Below, one piece after another: positions 19,908-30,062 of a stretch of 64,000 bases of DNA. The notes beneath the pieces are model-generated. The model searched no databases, was not told where the DNA came from, and saw only the letters and a program-made list of their open reading frames with translations. The stretch's first letter is position 1, and every line of letters begins with the position of its first letter. The stretch comes from Dehalococcoidia bacterium (GTDB lineage Bacteria; Chloroflexota; Dehalococcoidia; Tepidiformales; Tepidiformaceae): contig JAXLXA010000002.1 in assembly GCA_046328215.1 (NCBI GenBank), positions 18,799-82,798 on the forward strand, written 5' to 3'. The translations under genes and the position numbers were made by a program.

Positions 19908-21662
19908 TGAGGAAGTTGGCGGTGAATCGCGGCGGGCCTGCCCTCACCCCCGGCCCCCTCTCCCGACTCCTATCGTCGCGGGCGAGGGGGAGTTCAGGTC
20001 GCGTGTTTGCGCGGACGAACGATCGCCGACTTGGAGGAGTTTGTACTGGTCCCCCTCCCCTTCGCGGGGGCCTGCCCTCACCCCCCGGCTCCTTCCATGA
20101 GAAGGCCGGTTGGGTCAAGCCACGCGGTGGATGTGTGCGCTGGTTGGTGCCCTGCCGGTTCGCCTCGCTTCCATCCGCACTCGTTGAGGAGCATTCGTTG
20201 GCTTGCTCCGGTGCATGCTGAGGTCCGTTTTAGGTCGGGTGCTGCAATCTCTCCTGGCGGGATACCTTCGCCCCCAGGGGCCGCCGCAGTCACCCGGACG
20301 CGGCTTGGGCTTGGTCGTCTGGGTCCGCGCTTTGGCCTGGTGCTTCTAGGCAGCCATTGGCGCGCTGCTTTCCGAGCGGAGCGGGTTCGTACACTTCCCT
20401 GCTGACCCAGAGGTGGTGCAGGAGGACGGCGAGTTTTCTGGCGACGGCGATGATAGCCCGCTTTTTCCGGTTCTGCCTCCTCTTGCCGTCAGTCGCTCGC
20501 CGAATCGGCGCAGGTCGCAGTCAGTCCCGCGCATGACCCGGTGGGCGCATTCGACGAGGAGGGTGCGCAGGTAGCGGTCTCCCGCGTGGGTGATGCCGGG
20601 GGTTTTGTTCACCTGATGCCTGTTGCCGTGGTGCGAGCCCAAGGTGGCGCCTGCCTGGCGGCTTTTCTTGAACTGTCCTTTCTCTTCGAGGGTGAGGATG
20701 TAGGTCACCGCCGTCAGTGCTCCCACTCCATGGACCTGTCGCAGACACCGCTCTCGGGGTACTCCTTTTCGGCCAGCCGGTTCACTTCTCCGTCGTACGC
20801 TTTGATGAGCAGGGTGTGCTGGCGCACCAGTTCGAGCAGGGCCCGAGGCTTGCCTGGAGCCTCTCCGGGATGCGCTCCCACATCCTCATTGCGAAGGCGT
20901 CCGCGTCGCACTGGGGGAGCCGTCCGCCATGTGCCTTCACGGTGCCGCGGATGTGGTTCACCAGGGCTGTCCTCGCCGCCAACACCACGTGCGCCCGGGC
21001 GAGATCAGCCCGCCCCTCCTGGGCTCTCTGGCCGCGGTGCGTGATCGGCGCCAGCAACGCTGCATCTACCCGCGCCAGCCGCGCCAGGGTCCCCGGCATC
21101 TGTCCTGTCCGTTTTGCGCTGGGAGCGGTGATCAGTGGATCTGGCGCGGGTTCGCGACGATGACGTGATGCTTCATCTCCTTGAGGAGGACGCTGACCCA
21201 GGGCGAGTGTGTCCCTACTTCCAGGGCGACCACTGTCCGCTCCCTCTTTCCGAGCAGCTTCCTGAGCGCCGGCGCTGTCGTTGCCACCTTACCTTCGGCT
21301 TCGACTACTCCATCCCGGTCGAGCACCACGTAGGTGCTCTCCTTGTCTCCGAGGTCGAGTCCCATCGTCCGCAGCTCCGTTGTATCGTTCTTCATGGCCG
21401 GTCTGCTCTCCTTTTTGCAGCACCTTAGGTGACTGCGTGACGGCCGGCCTTCTCATCCCATCTCTCCCGACTCCTATCGTCGCGGGCGAGGGGGAGTTCA
21501 GGTCGCGTGTTTGCCGCGGACGAACGATCGCCGACTTTCACGGGTTTGGGCTCGTCTCCCTCCCCCTTTGTTTGACGGCCGCTCTCGCGCGGCGAGGGCA
21601 CTCCCACACCAGGGCGTCGCGCAGTTGCGGAACCTGGAGACTGCCGAGCTGAATCGAGCGTT
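19908..21662 (-). mobile_element. IS110-family element, copy 2 of the tandem duplication (transposase pseudogenised)
   Basis: ORF fragments 21132..21395, 20782..21099, 20346..20726 (minus strand) together cover an IS110 transposase. About 95% identical to copy 1 with indels. Confidence 0.8.
20346..21395 (-). pseudogene. IS110-family transposase, frameshifted (copy 2)
   Basis: MKNDTTELRTMGLDLGDKESTYVVLDRDGVVEAEGKVATTAPALRKLLGKRERTVVALEVGTHSPW... continues in other frames. Confidence 0.7.
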
Positions 21663-21663
21663 G

Positions 21664-22491
21664 TTACGCCGGCGGCGCGGCTGCCTGCATCTCCGCCATG
21701 CGCTGGGAGAACAGCTTGCCCGTGGTGATGCCGCCCTCGACAGGCAGACAGATCCCGGTGACGAAGCTGGAGGCGTCGCTGGCGAGCCAGAGCGCCGCTT
21801 CGGCGATATCACGGACGCTACCTGAGCGCGGGATGGGCTGCGCTTTGACGAAGCCCATCTGGAGCATGGGGATGAGCGACTCCGCGGCCTCCTGTTCCAT
21901 CCCGCCGGCGCGCCCGAAGATCGCTGTCGGGATAGCTCCTGGAGCGATCGCGTTGATGCGCACGTTCTCTTCGCCAATCTCATTGGCGAGCACCTTCGTC
22001 ACATGGATCACCGCCGCCTTCGCCGCCGAGTAGAGCGTCCCGCCGTAGCCGACGCCCAGTCCGGCGACGCTGGCTGTGTTGATGATGCTGCCGGACTTCT
22101 GCTCCTTCATCACCGCCGCGGCGTGCTTGACGCCGAAAAGGACGCCGCCCAGGAGCAGGTCGACCACTTCGTGATAGAGCTGAGGCGTGAGGTCCGTGAT
22201 CAGGCGCTCGGGATGGCCGCGCCCGGCGTTGTTGAACATGCAGTCCAGCCGGCCGAACTTCTCGACCGCGTGGTGCACGGCGGCGCCGACCTGGGCCTCG
22301 TCGGTGACGTCGGTGTGGACGAAGCTCGTGGTCGGGCCGAGCTCTTCGACCATCTTCTCGCAGCGCGCATCCTGCACGTCCGCGAGGACAACCTTCGCGC
22401 CCTCGCTGGCGAACAGTCGCGCGGATTCCGCGCCAATCCCGCTGGCAGCGCCGGTGATCACCGCCACTTTGCCTTCAAGTCGTCCCGCCAT
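21664..22491 (-). CDS. SDR-family oxidoreductase
   Basis: TGAASGIGAE Rossmann motif. YSAAK catalytic motif. 275 aa. Confidence 0.85.
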   Translation of the reverse strand: MAGRLEGKVAVITGAASGIGAESARLFASEGAKVVLADVQDARCEKMVEELGPTTSFVHTDVTDEAQVGAAVHHAVEKFGRLDCMFNNAGRGHPERLITDLTPQLYHEVVDLLLGGVLFGVKHAAAVMKEQKSGSIINTASVAGLGVGYGGTLYSAAKAAVIHVTKVLANEIGEENVRINAIAPGAIPTAIFGRAGGMEQEAAESLIPMLQMGFVKAQPIPRSGSVRDIAEAALWLASDASSFVTGICLPVEGGITTGKLFSQRMAEMQAAAPPA

Positions 22492-22547
22492 TGATTCGTG
22501 CCTCCATTGCGTGATTCAAAGCCGCGTCCCGGCGGCTCAGATCCGGG

Positions 22548-23168
22548 TTACTTGCGCGCCGCGCGCAGGAACAGGTCGGTGAGCTCGCGGGTGTACGCGG
22601 CCACATCCGTGCCGGGGCTCATCGTCAGCTGACCCGCGAACCCGTCGATCGCGGAGCGAAGCGTGACCGCCATGACTCGCGTGTCGAACGCCCGAAACTC
22701 GCCCGTCTGCTGGCCCCACTCGAACATGGCGGCCGTCCCCGCGATCAGGGGCTCAGTGTCTTCAACCTTGTAGTGCGGCTCGCCGTCTGGTTTGCGGAAG
22801 TTCGCGATGATGTCGCCGATTGCGCGGGTGGCCACGCGGTTCTGGTCGATGTACGCGATGTTCGTGGCGATGTACTTCGAGAGCAGTTCGGTGGCGGTTT
22901 TCGCGTCCTTGAGCGTGGCCATCATCTGCTCGTGGCCGGTCAGGTAGAACGAATCCACAACGGCGCGGACAAGGTCGTCTTTGCTGGGAAAGTAGTAGCC
23001 GATGACGCCCTTGGAGATGCGAGCGCGCTCGGCGATCCGCGCGAGGGAAGCATTGGCGAAGCCCAGCTCCGCGATGGTTTCGAGGGCCGCCGCGATGAGT
23101 TGCGCCTTGCGGGCCGCTTCGATGAACGTGGGCGCGTCTCGGACGGTTGGGCTAACTTTCGTACGCAC
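22548..23168 (-). CDS. TetR/AcrR-family transcriptional regulator
   Basis: N-terminal HTH AALETIAELGFANASLARIAERARISKGVIGYYFPSKDDL. Confidence 0.85.
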   Translation of the reverse strand: MRTKVSPTVRDAPTFIEAARKAQLIAAALETIAELGFANASLARIAERARISKGVIGYYFPSKDDLVRAVVDSFYLTGHEQMMATLKDAKTATELLSKYIATNIAYIDQNRVATRAIGDIIANFRKPDGEPHYKVEDTEPLIAGTAAMFEWGQQTGEFRAFDTRVMAVTLRSAIDGFAGQLTMSPGTDVAAYTRELTDLFLRAARK

Positions 23169-23222
23169 GTACGAAAAATAGACCAGACGGACGAAGATCG
23201 CAAGCCCTCGGCCGGTCCGGGA

Positions 23223-23726
23223 CTAGATGGACGGCCAGCCCAGCACTTCGGCGAGGAGCGGCTTGTACCGCTCGCCCAGCGCCCGCCAGGCGTCGCGTTC
23301 CGAAAGCGCCGGCAACGGCTTCCCATCGAGGTACAGGTCGAGGTCATCCCACCAGGCGTGCCAACCCGCCACGAGCCCCTCTTCCCCCGGCCCCCGGTCC
23401 GCGAGCCCGGTCTGAAGGAAGCTGTGGGTGCAACCGCCTGCAGAGGGCCGAATCGTCCACTCGACGATCGAAGTATTCCACGCGTACCGCAGCAACCGGT
23501 TCGGTTCGACCGCGACGATGATGCCATCGAGAGCGCCGCTGTTGGTCTTGGCGAAGTCAACGAAGTACTCGCCCCCAACCCTGAGGTCGATCCTCGCGGG
23601 GTATTGCATCCAGGCCGTCACCTCCGCCGGGTCAGTGATCGCGCGCCAGAGGCGTTCAGCTGAATGCTTGGAGTTCCGGTCGTAACGGACGGAGTAACAG
23701 CGGGTGATCGTGCCGAGGTCGCTCAC
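23223..23726 (-). CDS. SRPBCC (AHSA1/activator of Hsp90 ATPase homolog) domain protein
   Basis: LWRAITDPAEVTAWM.. motif. Probable GTG start overlapping the arsR stop (GTGA). Confidence 0.65.
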   Translation of the reverse strand: MSDLGTITRCYSVRYDRNSKHSAERLWRAITDPAEVTAWMQYPARIDLRVGGEYFVDFAKTNSGALDGIIVAVEPNRLLRYAWNTSIVEWTIRPSAGGCTHSFLQTGLADRGPGEEGLVAGWHAWWDDLDLYLDGKPLPALSERDAWRALGERYKPLLAEVLGWPSI

Positions 23727-24025
23727 GGGTTTGCCTCCATGTGGGACTCGAGGTCGTCGAGTTTTGATGACCAGAACTTGCGGTAGCGTTGGAGCCACGT
23801 ATCTAGCTCGTGGAGCGGGCGAGGGTTCAGCCGGTAAATCCGTGCCTGGCCTTCGGCCGTCGATGTCACGAGCCCGGTCTCCCGAAGGACCTTGAGATGA
23901 TGGGAGATCGCCGGCTGGGTGAGGTTGAACATGCTGACGACCTCGTTGACGCTCCGCGGACGGACGGCAAGCGACTCCACGATTCGCACACGGACCGGGT
24001 CAGCGAGAGCCTGCAATGCATTCAC
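23723..24025 (-). CDS. ArsR/SmtB-family transcriptional regulator
   Basis: LADPVRVRIVESLAVRPRSVNEVVSMFNLTQPAISHHLKVLRETGLV. Confidence 0.85.
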   Translation of the reverse strand: MNALQALADPVRVRIVESLAVRPRSVNEVVSMFNLTQPAISHHLKVLRETGLVTSTAEGQARIYRLNPRPLHELDTWLQRYRKFWSSKLDDLESHMEANP

Positions 24026-24120
24026 AGACGTTTATATAAACAACAATCAATGTGACGTCAACGACCAGGCATTGGAGAGTTTGTGGTTGAATCCCACTCA
24101 CCCGAGCCTCGGAGCCCGAA

Positions 24121-25305
24121 ATGACGCCCTACGAACGCATCGACCATGCCATTGACGAAGCCAGCGCCGCGCTGCGCAATCTCAGCCTCGAAATCCACTC
24201 GCACCCGGAACTGAACTTCGAGGAGCACCATGCCCACCAGGTGCTCACGGACTACCTGGACGGCGAAGGATTCGAAGTGGTGCGCGGGGCGTACACCATG
24301 CCCACCGCATTCAAGGCGGTGGCCGGCAACGGCGGGCCAACGGTCGCGGTCATCTCGGAGTACGACGCGCTGCCCGGCATCGGCCACGCTTGCGGGCACA
24401 ACCTGATCGCGATCGCCGGCGTGGGCGCGGGCGTGGGTCTCAGGGCGGGCCTCGAAGGCGTCGCGGGCACGGTGGTTATCCTCGGCAGCCCGGCCGAAGA
24501 AGGCGGGGCCGGCAAGCAGATCCTGATCGAACAGGGCGCGTTCGCCGGCATTGATGCAGCTCTGATGGCACACCCGGCCCCTGCCGACAGCGCGACCCCG
24601 AAGGTCCAGGCGCTGCAGGCGCTCAAGGTGGAGTACTTCGGCCGGAACGCCCATGCGGCGGCGATGCCCTGGAACGGCGTCAACGCCCTCGACGCCCTCG
24701 TGTCCGGCTACAACGCGGTTTCGATGCTTCGCCAGCGGATCAAGCCGACTGACCGGGTGCACGGCATCTTCACAGACGCGGGCCTGAAGCCGAACATCAT
24801 CCCGGACTACACGGCAGCCGATTACTACGTCCGTTCGGCGACGATGGCCGAGCTTTCCGAGCTGAAGGCGAAGGTGCAGGCCGCGCTCGAATCGGGCGGC
24901 GCGGCAACGGGCTGCCGGGTTGAGCTGACGTGGGTGGGTCGCGCGTACACCGACCTGGTTTCGAACGACCCGCTGGCTACCCGCTACTGCGCGCACATGG
25001 AGGAGCTCGGCCTGCCCGTGGGGAAGATCCCGTGGTTCGGCGCCAGCACGGACATGGGGAACGTGAGCTACGTGGTGCCGACCATCCACCCGATGTTCGG
25101 CATCCCGAGCGACCCGATGAACGCGAACCACACCGCGCCGTTTACCGAGGCCGCCGCGACGGAAGAGGCGCACGAGCGCACCATCCGCGTGGCCAAGGCA
25201 ATGGCCCGCGCGGCCTATGACGCGATCACCCAGCCGGAGTTGCTCGCCTCGATGAAGCGAGACTTCGTTGCGAACGTGCCGGCGCCGGGCGACCCGCTGA
25301 GGTAG
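24121..25305 (+). CDS. M20D-family amidohydrolase (aminoacylase/hippurate hydrolase-like)
   Basis: HACGHN metal-binding motif. 394 aa. Divergent from the arsR operon, with an AT-rich intergenic region containing TGACGTCA. Confidence 0.8.
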   Translation: MTPYERIDHAIDEASAALRNLSLEIHSHPELNFEEHHAHQVLTDYLDGEGFEVVRGAYTMPTAFKAVAGNGGPTVAVISEYDALPGIGHACGHNLIAIAGVGAGVGLRAGLEGVAGTVVILGSPAEEGGAGKQILIEQGAFAGIDAALMAHPAPADSATPKVQALQALKVEYFGRNAHAAAMPWNGVNALDALVSGYNAVSMLRQRIKPTDRVHGIFTDAGLKPNIIPDYTAADYYVRSATMAELSELKAKVQAALESGGAATGCRVELTWVGRAYTDLVSNDPLATRYCAHMEELGLPVGKIPWFGASTDMGNVSYVVPTIHPMFGIPSDPMNANHTAPFTEAAATEEAHERTIRVAKAMARAAYDAITQPELLASMKRDFVANVPAPGDPLR

Positions 25306-25351
25306 CCTTCGGGTAGGGAAAATCGGGCACTGCGCGAGGTAGAGTGCTCGC

Positions 25352-26860
25352 ATGACGACTCGGCCAACCGGGCGACAGCGCGGGCGCCCGCCTTACCCAC
25401 TGCTCACTCCAGCCGAAGAGCGGGTCCTCCAGTTCATCCGCAAGGGCCACACAAACGGCGAAATCGCTGAGCGCCTGGGCGTCAGCCTCGACGCCGTGAA
25501 GTACCACGTCTCGAACATGCTCGGGAAGTTGGAGCTCCGCAGCCGGGAAGAGCTCGCGGGCTGGCGCCCCCAGCGCAACCCGCTGGCGCGGCTCTGGGGT
25601 GCGATCCCGCTGGCGGTGAAGCTCGGCGCGGGCGGCGCCGTGGCAACGGCGGTGGCTGGCGGCGCGGTGCTTGCCGCGCTCAGCCCCGCCGCGGAGGCGC
25701 CGCTCTACGAGGGCGTTGTGACGGTGGGCTACGACGGCCAGCCCGCCAACGGCAGTTCGGAGATGCTCCAAATCTCGGGCGACGGGAGGTACGTCGTCTA
25801 CGCGTCCTGGGCGAGTAACCTCGTGCCCGACGACCAGGACACGCAGATGGACGTGTTTCGGTTCGACCGTGAGACGAACAAGACTGAGCTGGTGAGCATC
25901 GATGAAACAAGTGCTGACGGTGGCGCGGGCTGGCCGCAGGTGTCCAATGACGGCAGGTTCGTCGCCTACAGCTCCGCGGGAAGCGAGGGCCGCCCCCGGG
26001 CTGTCGTACGAGATATGAGCACCGGCGCCGCGTCTTTCATCGCGGATGACTTCACCGGCGCGCCGGCGCTCTCGGGAGATGGGCGGTTCCTTTCGACAAT
26101 GCGAAACGACGAACCGGGGGTGATGTTCCCGAAAGGCACGCTCCTGATTTACGACGTTTATCAGGGTTCGGTGGCCTGGTCAGTGCCGGTCGACAGGGAG
26201 GTAGACCCGCTGTTTATCGGGCAAGAGTTCAGGCTCTCCATGGACGGGCGCTGGCTCGCGTTCCTGGCCGGGGAAGTCCCGGGAGCCACGTGCGAGCGGC
26301 GAGTGACCTCGATACAGATCAATGGGATCACGAGAGATGTCCCGTTGCGGCGGCCTTTTGTGCACGATCTTGTGACAGGAGAGACGTGGTGTACGCCGAT
26401 CGGAGACGCCGCCGACATTGCATCCCAGCCCGGGCCGCTCGGCATGTCTGGTAACACGCTCGTGTACGGAATCAGCCGGTGGGAACCGGACAGCCGGATA
26501 GTTATCGACAGCCAACTTGCGTTGTACGACATGGGATCTCGCCACGTCCACTATCTGACCAGGGCGGGAGAGCCGTTCTTCGGCACCGACATCGCTCCCG
26601 GGGCTGCCAATAACGGACGGATCCTGGCGATTCTGAACAATCCCGCGCAATCCCAGCGAGGCCAGGTCAATGGCATCCTGTGGATGGGCGCCGGCAGCGA
26701 ACGCGAGGTGGTTGAACGACCGGCGCGGTTTGAGGACTGGGGATTGTCACACTCTGAGCCCGTCCTCTCGGAGGACGGCCGCTCCCTGGCCTTCGCCGTG
26801 CGCGGTCAGGACCGCACGAGTGGCTCGCAAGTCCAGGACATCTACGTTGTGAGCCGCTGA
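25352..26860 (+). CDS. membrane-anchored LuxR/GerE-type HTH regulator with extracytoplasmic TolB/PD40-like beta-propeller domain
   Basis: N-terminal LTPAEERVLQFIRKGHTNGEIAERLGVSLDAVKYHVSNMLGKL. One TM helix (AIPLAVKLGAGGAVATAVAGGAVLAAL). PD40-like repeats (GDGRYVVYASWASNLVPDD..., SNDGRFVAYSS). Confidence 0.8.
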   Translation: MTTRPTGRQRGRPPYPLLTPAEERVLQFIRKGHTNGEIAERLGVSLDAVKYHVSNMLGKLELRSREELAGWRPQRNPLARLWGAIPLAVKLGAGGAVATAVAGGAVLAALSPAAEAPLYEGVVTVGYDGQPANGSSEMLQISGDGRYVVYASWASNLVPDDQDTQMDVFRFDRETNKTELVSIDETSADGGAGWPQVSNDGRFVAYSSAGSEGRPRAVVRDMSTGAASFIADDFTGAPALSGDGRFLSTMRNDEPGVMFPKGTLLIYDVYQGSVAWSVPVDREVDPLFIGQEFRLSMDGRWLAFLAGEVPGATCERRVTSIQINGITRDVPLRRPFVHDLVTGETWCTPIGDAADIASQPGPLGMSGNTLVYGISRWEPDSRIVIDSQLALYDMGSRHVHYLTRAGEPFFGTDIAPGAANNGRILAILNNPAQSQRGQVNGILWMGAGSEREVVERPARFEDWGLSHSEPVLSEDGRSLAFAVRGQDRTSGSQVQDIYVVSR

Positions 26861-26880
26861 CCGGGGCGCGCCCGCCAGGC

Positions 26881-27432
26881 TCAGCGCCGGTGTTCGTTGG
26901 CGTATTGCTCGCGCAGCCCGTTGAGCTTCGCCCAGGTCTCGCGGGGAACGAGGTCATTGATCGCTTTCGCCACTCGCTCCCAGTCGTCGGCCTGTCTCTC
27001 CACAACGGGAGACTCGACGCGGACCGTCCGGCCGCCGGCGACCGCCTGGAGCGAATCGACAGCGCCGCCAGCGGACCCGTCGTCTCGCGATCGCCAATCC
27101 GTGGTGAACAGCCCGCGTTTCACCAGTGACTGGTAGACGCCGTCGAGCTCGGCGGGCGTCAGCGAGAAGGATTCTCTCCATTCGGGCGGTGCGTTGAACG
27201 AGTAGTCGGGCACCAGGACGATTTCGCCGTGGCCCTCGTGGTCCAGGGTGATGGTGTATTCGTAGTGGCCCGGCGGCGGCAGACTTCCCTCCTGCCAGGT
27301 GTACGTCAGCGCGAAGTCGGCCGGGAGCGAAGCGGGCGGTTCTGGTTGGCCGTCGTCGCGTGAGCAGGCGGAGAGCCCGGCGAACGCAAGCAAGGCGCCG
27401 ACCGCGAGCGCAAGTGCGAACCGCAACGACAT
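26881..27432 (-). CDS. hypothetical lipoprotein
   Basis: Signal peptide with lipobox MSLRFALALAVGALLAFAGLSAC. Start at the internal Met of ORF 26881..27594. Confidence 0.55.
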   Translation of the reverse strand: MSLRFALALAVGALLAFAGLSACSRDDGQPEPPASLPADFALTYTWQEGSLPPPGHYEYTITLDHEGHGEIVLVPDYSFNAPPEWRESFSLTPAELDGVYQSLVKRGLFTTDWRSRDDGSAGGAVDSLQAVAGGRTVRVESPVVERQADDWERVAKAINDLVPRETWAKLNGLREQYANEHRR

Positions 27433-27627
27433 GGTCGTGCCTCCACGCAGGCCTGAGCCTGCAAGCGTCCTTTTGCCCCCGCCGGGAGCATACGCCTGTT
27501 GGGAAGGGGGTAGCGCTGTGGATCGCTGCGTGGAGAAGGCGACTGGCGGCCGTGTGGCCTGGACTTGCCCGCTCCCTGCCCGGTCGCGGCTCATGGGAGG
27601 CCTGTGAGCGAACCCCGACGCGCGACG

Positions 27628-28746
27628 CTAGACTCCGAGCCGGCGGTCGTTCTCGGCCCAGGCGACGTCGTTTAGCGCCATCAACCCGCCCGAGACCAGC
27701 GAGTGTCCGCCGAGGAGGACCGGGATCGGGGCTTCCGCCGCTGCCCTGGTGAAACGGCGAAGGAACGGGTCTTCGATGGCTTCCCAGGCGAGCAGGTCGC
27801 TCTGGAAGCGGTCTTCGCGGGAGGGTTCGACGCCGAGGTGGGCTTCGATGACGCGGGTGTCGATGACGGCCCCGTCGCCAAGCTCGGACATGCGCTGGAA
27901 GAAGCGCTCGACGCCGACTTCCTCGATCAGAAAGCCAAGCACGCTGCGGGCGCGGTAGCCCGGAGGGGCGGTGGCGAGGCCTCGCTCCTCGGCGAAGAGG
28001 CGCACGCGGCAGGCCGTTTCGCGCTCCAGGTACTGCCATGCCTGGCTGCCGCCGACCCGGCCCGCGACGACCACCTGCCTCGTGCGGTCGCAGAGCAGCG
28101 GCATGAACATACGGTAGCGCGCTGCCGCGCTGGCCGCCGGGCGCGCGGCCTCCGCCAGCTCTGGCGGCAGCCCCTCCGAGAGCGAGAGGACGGCGAGGTC
28201 GCTCGGCGTGTCCAGGTCGAACTGGGTGGCGGTGGTGCGGGGAAGGATGACCGAGGCGAGCCCCGCGTCGTCGCGGAGCTTGCGTGGCAACAGGTTGTCG
28301 CGTGCGAAGTCGCCGCAGCGCTCGATGGCGTCGCCGGGCGTCCATGCCGTGAGGTCCGCCGAGAAGAAGTTGTTGGTGACGAAGCGCGGCTCGCGGGACT
28401 CGAGCTGTTCGACTACGAGGCGGAACTCGTCAACGCCGAGGAGCGGGACGGAGCCAGAGCCCATGGTCGCGGGCTTCTGCAGGCCGTAGCGCGCGACGAT
28501 GCCGCGAAGGCGCGCGGCGAACTCGAACGGCTCACCGGGGCGGTCGGCGTCGATGAGGAGGCCGGAGAACGTGGGGGCGAACGTCTCGGGCGCATCGGTG
28601 GCGACGATGACCGCTTCGAAGCCGGCGGCGAGCGCCGAGCGGGCGGTGTTGCGGGCGGCGGCGATTCGCGCGGTTGCCAGCATCGTTTCGGCCGGGCCAT
28701 CGCCGGTGCCGCCGTGGACGATGACGAGGACCGGGCGTTCGAACAC
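27628..28746 (-). CDS. hypothetical protein (N-terminal nucleotidyltransferase-like region?)
   Basis: 372 aa. N-terminus MFERPVLVIVHGGTGDG. No confident family assignment. Confidence 0.5.
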   Translation of the reverse strand: MFERPVLVIVHGGTGDGPAETMLATARIAAARNTARSALAAGFEAVIVATDAPETFAPTFSGLLIDADRPGEPFEFAARLRGIVARYGLQKPATMGSGSVPLLGVDEFRLVVEQLESREPRFVTNNFFSADLTAWTPGDAIERCGDFARDNLLPRKLRDDAGLASVILPRTTATQFDLDTPSDLAVLSLSEGLPPELAEAARPAASAAARYRMFMPLLCDRTRQVVVAGRVGGSQAWQYLERETACRVRLFAEERGLATAPPGYRARSVLGFLIEEVGVERFFQRMSELGDGAVIDTRVIEAHLGVEPSREDRFQSDLLAWEAIEDPFLRRFTRAAAEAPIPVLLGGHSLVSGGLMALNDVAWAENDRRLGV

Positions 28747-28817
28747 GAGTTCAGGTTAGCCGGGCGCGGCGCTGGGCGCATGGCACCGCGGGCGGATGCG
28801 CTCTCTATACTATCCGC

Positions 28818-29459
28818 GTGGTCCAGGCAGACTATCCGGGTTCTATCGCGGGCGAGGAGCTTGAGCTGCGCCCGTGGGCGGATGACCTCGCGGTGCAGAT
28901 GGCCAACTGGAGCGTACGCGGGTTCCCGTTTCATGCGTTCGACCTCGGCCACCTGAAGGACCCGCTGAAACGCGCGAGCGCAGTAGCCGGGTGCCGGGAG
29001 GATGGGCCGCATCGCCATTTCGTCGCGGTGGAAGACGGCATGGCGGTGGGGCGCGTGTCGGTGAACCTGCGGGACCCCGCGGGCTGCTACCTGTGGTCGG
29101 TCCACGTGCCGCCGGAACACGAAGGGCGCGGCGTCTGCCGGCGGATGCTGGCGGCGCTGATGGTCTACCTCGAACGCACGAACCCGCGTCCGAGCTTCAT
29201 CCTGACGACGAACAGCTTCGCGGAGCACGCGCACCGGGCGTACCGGGCGCTGGGCTTCGAGATTGCCGAGACGCGCTGGCACTTCGACCGGGAGATTGCA
29301 GAGGCGCTGTGGCGGGTAAGCCCGCGGGAGCGGGAGCCGCTGGCCCGCCACATCCGCTTCCAGAACGGCCGCTGGCAGGTTCGGAGTTTCGTGATGCGGC
29401 GGGAGCCGGGCGTGCCGATGATCACGCGGGTGGAGGCGCCGCGGGCGGTGGGGGCGTGA
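28818..29459 (+). CDS. GNAT-family N-acetyltransferase
   Basis: HEGRGVCRRMLAALMVYL...RAYRALGFE, an acetyl-CoA binding-like core. Confidence 0.6.
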   Translation: MVQADYPGSIAGEELELRPWADDLAVQMANWSVRGFPFHAFDLGHLKDPLKRASAVAGCREDGPHRHFVAVEDGMAVGRVSVNLRDPAGCYLWSVHVPPEHEGRGVCRRMLAALMVYLERTNPRPSFILTTNSFAEHAHRAYRALGFEIAETRWHFDREIAEALWRVSPREREPLARHIRFQNGRWQVRSFVMRREPGVPMITRVEAPRAVGA

Positions 29460-29499
29460 TGGGGCGATTGTGGATTGGCGGGGTGGGCTGGCTTCTGGA

Positions 29500-30062
29500 G
29501 TTCGAGTGAGTTCGGCCACCCGCTTACTGCCGTGCGCGGTTCGGACTGAGGACTGAGTCGCCAGAGGTCATCGAATCGTGTGGGTCGGGCGTCGCAGCCG
29601 CTCCCTTGCAGTCGCGGCTACGGCCTGGCGGTGGTGTGGGTTCGGCCACCCGCTTACTGCCGTGCGCGGTTCGGATGGGGCGTGCGAGGGCGCGGTCAAT
29701 GGACCGTGTGGGTTGGGCGTCGCAGCCGCTCCCTTGCGTTCGCGGCTACGGTTTGGTGGTGGTGTGAGTTCGGCCACCCGCTTACTGCCGTGCGCGGTTC
29801 GGATGGTGGGCGCGGTCAACGGACCGTGTGGGTTGGGCATCGCAGCGCCCCTTGCGGTCGCGGCTACGGTTTGGGTCGGTGGTGTGAGTTCGGCCACCGC
29901 TTACTGCCGTGCGCGGTTCGGATGGTGGGCGAGGTCAACGGACCGTGTGGGTTGGGCATCGCAGCGCTCCCTTGCGGTCGCGGCTACGGTTTGGTGGTGG
30001 TGTGAGTTCGGCCACCCGCTTACTGCCGTGCGCGGTTCAGATGGGGGCGTGCGAGGGCGACG
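29500..30062. repeat. Repeat array 2: ~4.5 tandem units of ~128 bp containing the core ccgcttactgccgtgcgcggttcgg. The first unit also carries gactgaggactgag (reverse-complement heptamers).
   Basis: Units gagttcggccacccgcttactgccgtgcgcggttcggatggtgggcg.ggtcaacggaccgtgtgggttgggc.tcgcagc.ctcccttgcggtcgcggctacggtttggtggtggtgt. The last unit supplies the PP2C stop codon. Confidence 0.85.

Noticed and set aside
26954-28345. 463 aa ORF on the minus strand
   Set aside because: Arg/Pro/Gly-rich low-complexity translation typical of an off-frame high-GC ORF. It overlaps the better-supported genes 26881-27432 and 27628-28746.
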